Virus record (IMG/VR): IMGVR_UViG_3300038315_001939
Location: 1-47,919 of that record
From: a virus
Taxonomy: Duplodnaviria > Caudoviricetes
DNA length: 47,919 nt
Direction: 5' to 3' (one strand)
The translations under genes were made by a program, and so were the position numbers. Under the pieces are notes generated by a model that did no database searches, was not told where the DNA came from, and saw only the letters and a list, made by a program, of their open reading frames with translations. Numbering within the stretch: the first letter of the stretch is position 1; each line of letters opens with the position of its first letter. Below, in pieces: positions 1 through 9,081 of this stretch.

Positions 1-1026
1 TTACCCGCCTTGATCAATCCGATTTAATTTTTCAATGGCCAATGAGGCCGAGCGTTTTCGTTCGCTATATTTGCGGACCATCTGGGCTGTATCATGGCCC
101 GTGATCGCGCCGATTTCTTCCCAACTCAATCCGAGTTCTCGCAGTCGTGTTGCCGCTGCGTATCTGCCGCCATGACTGTTGAAGTCTTCTGGCAGTCCTG
201 CCGTGTTATATGCCTTACGCATGTATTTTGAGAATGCATCGTCAAGGTAGGCTTTGCCCATTGGGGCGGGGATAAGGTTTAGGTGGTCGTGCTGCGGTAG
301 CCATGCGTCAAGTGCCATGTTCAAACTATCAGCCAAGGGAACGTCGACGCGGGCATTTGTTTTCTGTTGCTTTACGCTGACCCACCCATTTTTGATATGC
401 CCTCGAACCATATTCCTGATATCGCCTGCGCGTTGCCCGGTATAGAGAATTAATTCGAACGCGGCTCGCTGTTTGGTGCCGATGGGCCAGGTGATCCGGA
501 ACTGATCGATCTCGTCTTCTTCCCACGCTCGATAGCCTTCGCCTTCCTTGAGGCGGCGGGGCTTGGCGGCTGGGTTGTGCTTCATCCAATCAAGGTCGAT
601 GGCATAATTCAGGATAATGCGAAGCTGCGAGACGATTGCGTTGGCTGTTCTTGGTTTGTCGTGGAAGCGGTCCTGCAGCATGGTGACGAACTTGCGTGGC
701 GTTGTTGCCACGTCCATCTTGCCTGCTATATCGCCAAGTGTATCTAAATGCCGGTTATACTCTTTTTTGGTTCGCGGCTTTAATTGTTTGAAGAGTGGGC
801 TCGCCTTGTACCTTGCAATCAGGTCGTCATAGGACCCTGTCTTGATCGCCCTGCCGTCCGTCGCGCCCGTCTGAAACTCTTCATGGATGCGCTCATATTC
901 TGCCCGCCATGCGTCGGAGCCAAGCTCGCCCTTGATTCTGATTTTCGAGCCGTTCCGCCTGTAATAGCAGTAGCTTTTGCCTTTGACTTGGTATGATTTA
1001 ACGTATGGCAGGCTGATCAGGACCAT
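1..1026 (-). CDS. int: Tyrosine recombinase / phage integrase
   Basis: LYTGQR (catalytic R), HGGR (HxxR), GH...Y catalytic motifs; N-terminal arm-binding-like YCYYRR segment. Confidence 0.95.
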   Translation of the reverse strand: MVLISLPYVKSYQVKGKSYCYYRRNGSKIRIKGELGSDAWRAEYERIHEEFQTGATDGRAIKTGSYDDLIARYKASPLFKQLKPRTKKEYNRHLDTLGDIAGKMDVATTPRKFVTMLQDRFHDKPRTANAIVSQLRIILNYAIDLDWMKHNPAAKPRRLKEGEGYRAWEEDEIDQFRITWPIGTKQRAAFELILYTGQRAGDIRNMVRGHIKNGWVSVKQQKTNARVDVPLADSLNMALDAWLPQHDHLNLIPAPMGKAYLDDAFSKYMRKAYNTAGLPEDFNSHGGRYAAATRLRELGLSWEEIGAITGHDTAQMVRKYSERKRSASLAIEKLNRIDQGG

Positions 1027-1276
1027 TTATTAGTGCTTCCCAAGTGTCGGTTTTGGTGTTCTCGTTCGTCGCGTCGTTCAATGTTAGTCCGGACCTTCTA
1101 TTGAAAAACGCTTCAATTAAGAGGCTATCCCATCCGAAGTCTGGGTCCTTTTTGGGGAATCCGTCAAGCTTCCCAATTTTTCGATGCATGGTGCTTGGGG
1201 TGCAGCCCAATCGTCTGGCGAGTTGCCAGTCTGTCCAATACCGGGGGGCAGGGATGAATTCAGGCAGATTTCTCAT
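998..1276 (-). CDS. Probable excisionase / small winged-HTH DNA-binding protein
   Basis: Overlaps the int start; LARRLGCTPSTMHR...GFPK pattern; start set at the ATGA overlap 1273-1276. Confidence 0.65.
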   Translation of the reverse strand: MRNLPEFIPAPRYWTDWQLARRLGCTPSTMHRKIGKLDGFPKKDPDFGWDSLLIEAFFNRRSGLTLNDATNENTKTDTWEALINGPDQPAIR

Positions 1277-3243
1277 GCTGATTTCTCTGTCACTGGTGAG
1301 AATAAAGCTGTTTGCGGAACATTCGCGCGCGCAAGGGCATATGACATCGGCGGCGGGACCGCATTGCCGCATTTGGCGACCATTTGGCTTTTGCTGAATT
1401 TGAAGCCATCACGTTCCGGATCGTCGCCGATCTTGTAGTCTGCCGGGAAACCGTTCGCAGCATAGAGTTCGCGCGGTGCCAGCATGCGCATGCCGATGTC
1501 AACAATCTCGTATTGCTCGCCCTTGATGGTGACCAGCCCGAACCGTTCCTTTGATGTGATGGTGCCGAGCGGGTCTTTGCAGCTCTGATCTTGTCCGCCG
1601 CTGCCATAGTATTTCATCAAAAAGGCGCGGACTTCGCCCGTATGTGTCCCGCCTGCTGTGACGGTTGGAGCGGGTTCTGTTACGGGTTGTCCGTGTTTCG
1701 ACGTCCCGCGCAGCTTGATCAGGTGTGATGTGCAAAGGGCGGTCTTGCCATCGCCGCCGGCGGTTGTCGTGCCGACGGGGTCTTTTGCGTCCGCGCCATT
1801 GCTTGCGCCAAATTGGCGGTCAAGATGAACTGCAACCACACCCAATGGGTTTGCGCCACCGGGGCGGGTCATTTTCCCGCCGCTGGTGATGGTTGCGAGT
1901 GGGGTTTCCATCTCCTGCCCGGTTGCGCCATTGCGGAACTTGGTGACGTGCGCTGCGACCACGGCCTGCTGTGATCCGGTGTTGGTGACGGTGGAAACCG
2001 GATCGGTTGCCGATCGGCTGTCGGCGGATGTGTTGTTGTGTTGTGCCATGAAGGCCGCCGTCAGGTGTTCCTCTTCGCCGCACCGTGGGCATTCTGCAGG
2101 TGCTAGGGTTGCAATGCCGGTTGAATGTGGGTCTTGGAAGGTTTCGCCGCATTCTTCGCAATGATAATGCGGTAATTCCTTCTCTGCCGGTTCCATCCGG
2201 GCGCTAACGACCGCCATGCCGCCGCCCTTTGGCGTGGCCGTCACGGTGCGCAGCGGTTCATTGGCCGGCATGGTTCCGTTTTCTTTGCTGCTGTGTTGGA
2301 TGTGCTGGATAAAGGGTTGAACCAGCCCGTGCCCATCGCGGGCGGCGGTGACCGTTTTAAAGGGCTCGTCGATACCTTGCCCCCGGAAATAATCGCCGCT
2401 GTGATTTACCGTCACGACAAATGGTTTCTTGGCGTCAAAGACGAATTTTTGCAATCCGCGGGCGATGCGTTTCATCGTGTTTTCCGCCAAGGGCCGTTTA
2501 AGTCTAAGTTTCTTGGCGTCTATCGGGTCCATAAAGATCGACGGGCAGGGCAATGACCAGTCGATAATATCGGCTGCGACCGGCCATGGTTTGAGTTGCT
2601 TTGCCTTGACCTCTGCCGATCCCGGTTTGCCGTGGGTGGGGGCGGGCCAGACAATCGGGTTGCCATCGCATCGCGCAATCACAAACAGGCGTTTGCGGAT
2701 GGTTGGTGTCCCATAGTCGCAGGCGCGCAAAACGCGGTATTCGACCTGGTACCCAAGCTGTTTAAGTTCTCCGACCCATTGGTTGAAGATTTCACCTTTA
2801 CGAGCTTTGCAAGGCTGGCCATCTTCGGTCAGCGGTCCCCAATCGGCAAATTCCTCGACATTTTCCAGCATGATCACGCGCGGGCGGACCTTTTTGGCCC
2901 AATCGACAACGACCCATGCCAGCCCCCGGATTTTCTTTGACCGGGGCTTTCCGCCTTTGGCCTTGGAATGGTGGGTGCAATCTGGGCTAAACCACGCCAG
3001 TCCGACGCGCCGACCTTTGCAAACCGCAACCGGATCAACCGCAAAGACATCCTCGCACAGGTGCTTTGTGTGCGGGTGGTTTGCTTGGTGCATGATCACC
3101 GCATTGGCGTCATGGTTAATGGCGATATTGACCGGACGCCCGAGCGCCATTTCAATACCCGTCGACGCCCCGCCGCCGCCGGCGAAGTTGTCGACGACGA
3201 TTTCGTCGTCAAGGTTCCATTGTTGGGGGTTGATAAAGCTCAT
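1273..3243 (-). CDS. DNA cytosine-5 methyltransferase (phage orphan, long variable region)
   Basis: Motif I DNFAGGGG, motif IV SPDC, motif VI ENV, motif VIII RKRLF, motif X GNAV; start at the ATGA overlap 3240-3243. Confidence 0.93.
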   Translation of the reverse strand: MSFINPQQWNLDDEIVVDNFAGGGGASTGIEMALGRPVNIAINHDANAVIMHQANHPHTKHLCEDVFAVDPVAVCKGRRVGLAWFSPDCTHHSKAKGGKPRSKKIRGLAWVVVDWAKKVRPRVIMLENVEEFADWGPLTEDGQPCKARKGEIFNQWVGELKQLGYQVEYRVLRACDYGTPTIRKRLFVIARCDGNPIVWPAPTHGKPGSAEVKAKQLKPWPVAADIIDWSLPCPSIFMDPIDAKKLRLKRPLAENTMKRIARGLQKFVFDAKKPFVVTVNHSGDYFRGQGIDEPFKTVTAARDGHGLVQPFIQHIQHSSKENGTMPANEPLRTVTATPKGGGMAVVSARMEPAEKELPHYHCEECGETFQDPHSTGIATLAPAECPRCGEEEHLTAAFMAQHNNTSADSRSATDPVSTVTNTGSQQAVVAAHVTKFRNGATGQEMETPLATITSGGKMTRPGGANPLGVVAVHLDRQFGASNGADAKDPVGTTTAGGDGKTALCTSHLIKLRGTSKHGQPVTEPAPTVTAGGTHTGEVRAFLMKYYGSGGQDQSCKDPLGTITSKERFGLVTIKGEQYEIVDIGMRMLAPRELYAANGFPADYKIGDDPERDGFKFSKSQMVAKCGNAVPPPMSYALARANVPQTALFSPVTEKSA

Positions 3244-3626
3244 TTCGCATCCCCAATCTGGCGGATCTGATCGAAATCGATATCCGGTGTGAAAAAGCCG
3301 AGCATGCCTTTGCAGGGGATCGGCGTGATCAGGCGCTTGTTGGCCATGACAAAGCCGTAAGGCCCGAAGAACCAGTCGCTGTCCATGTCCGTCACACACT
3401 CGATGATCTCGACAATGCCAACAATCGCCCCGAACGGTGCGTGCGGATTGTCGATCAGGAAACTGCGTTTTTCGGCTGCTTTGCCGTCAAATGTCGCGCT
3501 GGCATGGATAAGGACGTCGCCGCGATAGCCGGTGGCCCAATTGCGGTTCTCAACGTCTTTGCCGTCGTGAAAAATGTGCTGCGGCCAAGGCTGGCGGATC
3601 GAGAGGGCTTTGGTTGCCGTGGTCAT
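3240..3626 (-). CDS. ASCH domain protein
   Basis: ALSIRQPW...GKDVENRNW..YRG.VLIHAS signature. Confidence 0.85.
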   Translation of the reverse strand: MTTATKALSIRQPWPQHIFHDGKDVENRNWATGYRGDVLIHASATFDGKAAEKRSFLIDNPHAPFGAIVGIVEIIECVTDMDSDWFFGPYGFVMANKRLITPIPCKGMLGFFTPDIDFDQIRQIGDAK

Positions 3627-3889
3627 TGTTCTTCCGCCTCCTTGTATTTGCTGTCGATGATCCGGCTACCTGTCAGATCCGCAATGAGTTCGCTGCCAGC
3701 GAGAAAGTCTTGGGTGTCGATCGCGGTGTCCAAGTAGCTGAATGGATCGGCTAGTTCGGAGGCCTCATAGTCGGCGAGGCTAGGCAGCTCCTCAGCGTGT
3801 TCTTCACACTCCTTTGCGATCGCCGCCCGTTTGGCGTCGGGTAGGTCTTCGAAATCGACCTCAAGGGTCATGATAATGGTCCGTTTCAT
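3623..3889 (-). CDS. Hypothetical acidic phage protein
   Basis: Overlapping start/stop with both neighbours; start MKRTII at 3889. Confidence 0.65.
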   Translation of the reverse strand: MKRTIIMTLEVDFEDLPDAKRAAIAKECEEHAEELPSLADYEASELADPFSYLDTAIDTQDFLAGSELIADLTGSRIIDSKYKEAEEQ

Positions 3890-4575
3890 GCCGCCTCGCT
3901 GTTCTGGGGTTCGCCTGTGGTGATTGCCGCGACTTGTGACGGGGTGAGCTGGAGGCATCGGTTGATCGCGTTTGATAGCCGTTGCACTTCAGTCTTCGTC
4001 TGGCGCGGCACGATTAAGGGGTTGGCTATGTCAGTCCCGCCGTCGGCTTTGTGCGTCCATAGCATCGGCCATGACCCTTCGAAGGGTAGGTCGTGCGCTC
4101 TGAATGCGATTTTCGAACCGTTGGCGTCCTGCAGGCGATGGGCAAACATAAGCTCACTCGGCCATATCGCGTTTGCCATCCGTTCAAGCGGTTTGCGGTA
4201 TCGATCTGGGTTGATGCCGGTTTCGCTGCGTTCGACCCGTGCGTCGTAATAGAGGTTGCTGGCGACCGAGACGAGATAGGTCAGGTGGCGTGCGCCGTCG
4301 GTCCATTCCTGCGGCGTTGTGGTCTTAGGTAGAACGACCTTTGTCGCCAGCTTGCAGAAGGTTTCGAGGCGATCAAGAAAGTCCGGTCCGCCGTCGTGGC
4401 TGGCAATCTCTGCCGCGTCGAGCGCGTCATAGAGGGCCGCTACCGGATCGGTTTTGAGAAGGTGCTGGATCGCTTGGATTTTGAAGTCATCGGCAATCGT
4501 TGTGCCTTCAAATTCTGCAACGGTGCGTCTGGCGTCTTCATAGGCAAGCGCGTTGGTCTCAAAGATATCGGGCAT
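3886..4575 (-). CDS. Hypothetical phage protein
   Basis: AAGGAAG RBS before ATG 4575; ends EAA* coupled to the next gene. Confidence 0.7.
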   Translation of the reverse strand: MPDIFETNALAYEDARRTVAEFEGTTIADDFKIQAIQHLLKTDPVAALYDALDAAEIASHDGGPDFLDRLETFCKLATKVVLPKTTTPQEWTDGARHLTYLVSVASNLYYDARVERSETGINPDRYRKPLERMANAIWPSELMFAHRLQDANGSKIAFRAHDLPFEGSWPMLWTHKADGGTDIANPLIVPRQTKTEVQRLSNAINRCLQLTPSQVAAITTGEPQNSEAA

Positions 4576-4593
4576 GGTTCTCTTCCTTTCGTT

Positions 4594-4679
4594 CTCGTTG
4601 CGTAGGACGGCGGGCATTGGCGGTTTTGGGGTACGGGAACCGGTGGGGGACCGGTGCGCCCGCCGTCCTGCGGAACGAG
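4594..4679 (-). repeat. Long intergenic inverted repeat / structured RNA element
   Basis: CTCGTTGCGTAGGACGGCGGGC (4594-4615) vs reverse complement of 4658-4679, 20/22 match, enclosing an ACCGGT-N5-ACCGGT hairpin. Confidence 0.7.
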
Positions 4680-4685
4680 GCGGCG

Positions 4686-4877
4686 CTAGGCCGCGTCGTC
4701 TTCGTTCTGGGCGCGATCGCAAATCCGGGTGATGTAGTGGGCAAGCGGAATGGTGCTTTGAAATCGCTCTTGATGTTCCCGATGGGCTGCGATCGCCTCG
4801 CGCATCGCTGCGGCGGCTTTGATCTCGGCCATAAGCAGGATCTCGTCGCCGCGCATGTGGGTGCTGTTGTTGCTCAT
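4686..4877 (-). CDS. Small hypothetical protein
   Basis: ATGA overlap 4874-4877 with the upstream gene; 63 aa. Confidence 0.55.
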   Translation of the reverse strand: MSNNSTHMRGDEILLMAEIKAAAAMREAIAAHREHQERFQSTIPLAHYITRICDRAQNEDDAA

Positions 4878-5482
4878 GCTGCTTTGTCCTGCAGAAAGAC
4901 GGGCAGTGTGACCTGAATGCGGTTGGTAAACAGGTGTTGTGCATCCCCTGCGGTCATTGGCATGACTTTGGTGGATAGCGGTCGGATGCTCAGGTCTCCG
5001 ACTTGTTCGGGCAGGTTGTCGCGGCTTTCGGTCGCCAAGGCGATCTGATCGGCGCGTTTGACTTCCCGGGCGATATGATCGGGGGCCGGCCATTGCAATC
5101 CGGCTGCGATATGGATCGCCTCGTCGACCATGTCCTCAACGATTTCGCTGCCCATGCGGATGCTATGGAAGTTTTGAAGCTCGTTGCGGACATGGATCGG
5201 GAATTGCGCATAAAATGCCGCGCGTTCGGCGTCTTTTTCGGGGGTGCTGGTGTCGCCCGTGATGTATTCCTTGGCGTCGTGGATCAGGGCATAGGGCTCG
5301 GCCTCGGCGCTGACCAGATCGGCGACAATGACGGAATGCTGTGCGACCGGAATTTTGGTATGCCCGGTGTAGCGGTTGATGTTCGAGAGGGCAAAGCAGA
5401 CATCCGGCCAATAGATATCCGAAGCCTTGGGAGACAGCAGGTCGATTTTCCTGCCCGACATGGTCATGACGATGGTGGTCAT
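4874..5482 (-). CDS. HD-domain phosphohydrolase (phage YfbR-like 5'-deoxynucleotidase family)
   Basis: RYTGH..VAQHS...LIHDAKE..GD..TP.K...AD motifs. Confidence 0.85.
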   Translation of the reverse strand: MTTIVMTMSGRKIDLLSPKASDIYWPDVCFALSNINRYTGHTKIPVAQHSVIVADLVSAEAEPYALIHDAKEYITGDTSTPEKDAERAAFYAQFPIHVRNELQNFHSIRMGSEIVEDMVDEAIHIAAGLQWPAPDHIAREVKRADQIALATESRDNLPEQVGDLSIRPLSTKVMPMTAGDAQHLFTNRIQVTLPVFLQDKAA

Positions 5483-5544
5483 TGCGGTTCCTTTCGCGGT
5501 TTCCGGCGGCGCGGTCGCCGCCGGGTTATGCGCACCTGGCTTAT

Positions 5545-6495
5545 TTATTCGGACTGGCCGATGAAAAGCGGGAGTTCGGTTTCCGCCTTCACCTTTTCGC
5601 AGCCTTCGTTAAAGGCGTGGTTCACGATCAGTTCGGTGCGGTGAAGCAGGAATTTCCAAAGCAGTTTTGGTCCGTCCTTACGGAACCGCAGGCGCACCGG
5701 GATCAGATAATTTGCGCCGTTTTTGAAAACCGGAATGTTGATCAGGAACAGGTCAGGCACCATCAGCTTGCCGCCCTCGGTGTTCTTGTGTTCGTTGCTG
5801 AATGTCAGGGCCATTTCGCCCGTGGCGAGGCTTTGGCGTTGCTGCAGGGTTTCTTCCGTCCGGATGCTCAAGCCCCGCGACAGTTCCAGAATCCCGCTCG
5901 GCCCGGTGAATTTGCTGCCAAGGGTCGAAATAAGGTTAAGCAGGTGTTTTTCGAATTCGGTTAGGTCAGGCTTGCTGTCAAAGGCGGGCGGTGCGGCAAC
6001 GTCAATGATGTGTTCTTCCAGAAATTCGGCAAAATCGTTCTGGTTGATCCATTCATCATTCATCACCATCCATGCTTTCCATTCGTCGGAAACCGGGAAG
6101 CGATAAACGCATTTGTGCGACATGAAGCGCGGTGTGCCGTCCTTGGTGTCTGCGGGGTCGTGATAGTCAAAGACGGTGGTCAGTGATAGGTCGGCTTCTT
6201 CTGCTTTGCAGATGCCAAAAACAGCGCTGTGATCGCCTTTGAACCGGTTGGTCATGGCGACAAAACTGTCAATGTTCTGCATGGCGCTTGTGCCTTCACG
6301 GCGCTTCGGGTGTTCGCGGGCTTCGTCGATAAACCGCTTGATGCTGCTGACGTTGCGGCCATCGGGCAGGACCATGACCGGGACCTTGATCCCGTCATGA
6401 TTAAGGTCAACAACCTTATGCTCGCCGAATTTGGCGGTCAGTTTGTGCGCGGCCTCGGTTTCGGTCTGGTAAAGTGGTTTTGCTTCGGTGGTCAT
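5545..6495 (-). CDS. DUF2303 / YfdQ-like phage protein
   Basis: VFDYH, QNDFAEFLEEH and IPVF..G...RLRFR motifs; start MTTEAK. Confidence 0.8.
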   Translation of the reverse strand: MTTEAKPLYQTETEAAHKLTAKFGEHKVVDLNHDGIKVPVMVLPDGRNVSSIKRFIDEAREHPKRREGTSAMQNIDSFVAMTNRFKGDHSAVFGICKAEEADLSLTTVFDYHDPADTKDGTPRFMSHKCVYRFPVSDEWKAWMVMNDEWINQNDFAEFLEEHIIDVAAPPAFDSKPDLTEFEKHLLNLISTLGSKFTGPSGILELSRGLSIRTEETLQQRQSLATGEMALTFSNEHKNTEGGKLMVPDLFLINIPVFKNGANYLIPVRLRFRKDGPKLLWKFLLHRTELIVNHAFNEGCEKVKAETELPLFIGQSE

Positions 6496-6530
6496 TGTGA
6501 TGTTCCGTTGCTTCGGGTTGGGATTTGCGC

Positions 6531-6887
6531 CTAAACGGCGCGGGTTTCGGCTTCGGGCGCGTTCACGTCTTTGAACATGTCGCGCTGGCGTGGGTTTTGG
6601 CGGCAAAGGTTGCCGTTTTCGTCCGGCCAAAGGATTGACTGGCTGCGCGGCGATACCGGCAGGGTGGTGTCGGTATTGGCGCTGACTTCGATCACGCCGC
6701 CTTTAAGCCCGAATTTCAGTTTCAGGCTGAGGCTGGCTTTTGGTGATCCGCCGTGGTTGATGACGTGATTTTGCAGCGCCTTGGTAATCTCGGTGATCTG
6801 ATCGGTCAGATCACTGTGGAGCTGCCCTTCCTCAAGCGATTGAATGAGGGTGCCAAAACTTTTGAGTTCGCCGTTGTTGTTCGACAT
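6531..6887 (-). CDS. Conserved phage protein usually paired with DUF2303
   Basis: AGGAG RBS; C-terminal GNLCRQNPRQRDMF; synteny. Confidence 0.7.
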   Translation of the reverse strand: MSNNNGELKSFGTLIQSLEEGQLHSDLTDQITEITKALQNHVINHGGSPKASLSLKLKFGLKGGVIEVSANTDTTLPVSPRSQSILWPDENGNLCRQNPRQRDMFKDVNAPEAETRAV

Positions 6888-6916
6888 TGAACCGTCTCCT
6901 GTGGTTCGGGGTGTGG

Positions 6917-7255
6917 TTAGGCCGCAGCCGGCGGGAAGTCGTCCGGGTCTGTGTCCGTGTCTGCGGGCGGGGCGATCATTTCGCTGCGCGGGGCTTGGAA
7001 AATCGCGTGGGTGCGGACTTCGCGCTGCGATATCCAGATTTTCTTGCCTGCTTGCGGATGGTTTGATTTTTCCTCGACCTTGATCATCATCTGGCCGGAT
7101 GGCAGGGCGACAATGACTTCGCCCGCACCCATCTTGCCGTCGCGGATGAAAATCATGGCTGATCCCGGGGCGGGTAAAAGCGCCAGATTGGCGACCTGCT
7201 GGCGGATCGGGATTACGGTCGGGGATTTCGGAAATTGGGTGACAGATGCGGTCAT
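6917..7255 (-). CDS. Hypothetical protein
   Basis: ATGA overlap 7252-7255; same operon orientation. Confidence 0.6.
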   Translation of the reverse strand: MTASVTQFPKSPTVIPIRQQVANLALLPAPGSAMIFIRDGKMGAGEVIVALPSGQMMIKVEEKSNHPQAGKKIWISQREVRTHAIFQAPRSEMIAPPADTDTDPDDFPPAAA

Positions 7256-7476
7256 GCTGCGGTCCTCCGGCTGAATTTGTCCGCTATGGCGTGTTTGAGT
7301 TTTTCTCGACTTGCCTGCAGGCCGGTTTCGATTAACTCGGCGGTGTGGTCGTCGAGCTGGATCGACAGGTCCCCAAAGCGAATGGTGATGATGCCGTTAA
7401 ACCCGTTGGTGCCTTGGCTGATGGCCTCGGTGACCACCGGTGTTGCGTCGTGGTGGGTGCAAATCATCATCGACAT
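7252..7476 (-). CDS. Hypothetical protein
   Basis: AAGGA RBS before ATG 7476 (start uncertain); ends TAA* coupled to the next gene. Confidence 0.55.
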   Translation of the reverse strand: MSMMICTHHDATPVVTEAISQGTNGFNGIITIRFGDLSIQLDDHTAELIETGLQASREKLKHAIADKFSRRTAA

Positions 7477-7577
7477 ATCAGTCATCCTTTCGGGGTTCGG
7501 GGTCATCCCAAAGTGCACGCAGGAAGGCGTCGATGGCCGTTTTCCATTTTTCGAGGGTGTTGTGGAAACTGTGCATG

Positions 7578-7811
7578 TCACATGCCCCCGTCTTCGGCCC
7601 GCCGGACAAGGCGGGTGATAGAGGGGCGCGACGGACGCGGGCGGATGATCGCGGTGTTGGGCGACATCATGCTTTGCGCTGCGATGGTCAGAACCAGCAA
7701 CGTCATGATCAGCATCCAGCCCGGAAAATGCGGATGGCCGAAATCGGCAATCAGATCGCTGGAGCCCTGATCAAGCGCAAGGGCATTAATGGCGGTGTTT
7801 GAAAGAGACAT
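7578..7811 (-). CDS. Small hypothetical protein with one hydrophobic segment
   Basis: GGAGGAG RBS; WMLIMTLLVLTIAA. Confidence 0.55.
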   Translation of the reverse strand: MSLSNTAINALALDQGSSDLIADFGHPHFPGWMLIMTLLVLTIAAQSMMSPNTAIIRPRPSRPSITRLVRRAEDGGM

Positions 7812-7827
7812 GGGCGTGTTCTCCTCC

Positions 7828-8148
7828 TCAGGCTAAGACGCGCGCAAGTGCTTGCGCGAGTTCTAGGATTTCGGGTGAGGGGAGGCTGGCCTCTGGTGGC
7901 GTCTCTAACTTCTTTGGTTCTTTAGGCGGTTCTGCCCATGCGGGTTGGTTAATTTCGACGTAATGAGCATGGATGTCGCAGGCGGAAACTTGACCACCGG
8001 TAGCTTTGTTTATCAGGTGGATGAGCTTTGGCGACCCAAACATTTGCCCGCAGCAAATGCGCGAAATTTGGGAATCTGTCGAGCCGATAGAGGCGGCAAA
8101 ATCCCGTTGTCTGATTTTATTTGCTTTTAGCCAACTTTTTAGCAGCAT
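7828..8148 (-). CDS. Cro-like HTH regulator (first gene of the leftward operon)
   Basis: QRDFAASIGSTDSQISRI HTH; ATGGQVS..D motif shared with 9082-9297; AAGGAG RBS. Confidence 0.8.
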   Translation of the reverse strand: MLLKSWLKANKIRQRDFAASIGSTDSQISRICCGQMFGSPKLIHLINKATGGQVSACDIHAHYVEINQPAWAEPPKEPKKLETPPEASLPSPEILELAQALARVLA

Positions 8149-8176
8149 GAGTTTCTCCTTTCCGGAAATTCAACTC

Positions 8177-8204
8177 ACGCTATCACCAAAATGGTGGATG
8201 TCAA
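8177..8204 (-). promoter_or_regulatory. PL-like promoter with operator in the spacer
   Basis: TTGACA(8204-8199)-16 nt-TAGCGT(8182-8177); palindrome CACCA-AAA-TGGTG at 8184-8196. Confidence 0.7.
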
Positions 8205-8214
8205 TGCAAAAAAT

Positions 8215-8250
8215 CACCAAAACAGTTAAATCGGTGTAACTGTTTTGGTG
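8215..8250. repeat. 14-bp perfect inverted repeat (operator pair and/or cI terminator)
   Basis: CACCAAAACAGTTA-N8-TAACTGTTTTGGTG directly after the cI stop. Confidence 0.65.
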
Positions 8251-8985
8251 TTATAGCTTTCTGGCGTACCAGACTATTCGACCGATGATGTTGATTTCAT
8301 CGACGGTTCGTTCGTAAGTGGAGTGATGGGCATTGTCCGAAACAACCCGTACGGTTGGCGGTTCTGAATTGGGTATGACTTCGATCCGTTTCACAACGAC
8401 GCCGAAGCCGTCCCATAGGGCGAACACACCCGGAGGGCTTGGTTTTTTATCGGCTGTGTTGACGATTACACGATCTCCGCTTCTGAGCGTTGGTTCCATG
8501 CTGTCGCCCTGAACTTCAATTACCCTGGCGTTGCGCGGTGCTACGCGCAGCTCTGTGATCATGTATTCTTTGGGGATGAGCCATTCTGCCTTGATTGCAT
8601 CCGTGGAAATGTGATGCCCGTTACCGTTGGGTTTGAATGCGACAAGAGGTTCAGCTCCACCACCCATACCGGCGCGGATATCTATTTCGGGGATTTTTGG
8701 CGCATCGGTTGCTGTGTCTGCGTATTTCTCACGGTCCGGATCGGGGCCGAGCGGTTGAAGTAGTTTCTCCCGCGAGATCGTCTCCATCGTGGGGCGGTCG
8801 TAAAGTGCATTTGTTGGAATGTTCAATGCCTCTGCGATTTTCATAACCCAATCAATGGTGAGTTTGCGTTGGCCCAGTTCCAACCGGCTGATTTGCTGGT
8901 TGGTGGTTCCCAGTTTTCGGGCGAGTTCAGATTGCGACATTCCTGCCGCTTCTCTGGCCTCTTTTATGCGGTTTGCGTTTTTCAT
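8251..8985 (-). CDS. cI: CI-like repressor (XRE HTH plus S24 autopeptidase)
   Basis: SQSELARKLGTTNQQISRLE HTH; GDSMEP catalytic Ser and VKRI catalytic Lys. Confidence 0.93.
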   Translation of the reverse strand: MKNANRIKEAREAAGMSQSELARKLGTTNQQISRLELGQRKLTIDWVMKIAEALNIPTNALYDRPTMETISREKLLQPLGPDPDREKYADTATDAPKIPEIDIRAGMGGGAEPLVAFKPNGNGHHISTDAIKAEWLIPKEYMITELRVAPRNARVIEVQGDSMEPTLRSGDRVIVNTADKKPSPPGVFALWDGFGVVVKRIEVIPNSEPPTVRVVSDNAHHSTYERTVDEINIIGRIVWYARKL

Positions 8986-8991
8986 GGGCTA

Positions 8992-9079
8992 ATTGTCTCT
9001 ATTCTGGTGGGGATGTCTATCGCCATGTTGGTGATTTTTGGTGTTGACGCTACACCAAAATGGAGATAGCGTTCTGGTG
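8992..9079. promoter_or_regulatory. OR-like switch: PR (+), PRM-like (-) and CACCA-N3-TGGTG operators
   Basis: TTGACG(9044)-17-TAGCGT(9067) on +; TAGACA(9019)-16-GACAAT(8997) on -; operator-like sites at 8997-9009, 9021-9033 and 9053-9065. Confidence 0.7.
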
Positions 9080-9081
9080 TC

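Noticed and set aside
4874-5482. DatZ / Z-genome or other base-modification pathway
   Set aside because: An HD hydrolase is present, but there is no purZ, mazZ, polymerase or deazaguanine gene in the window.
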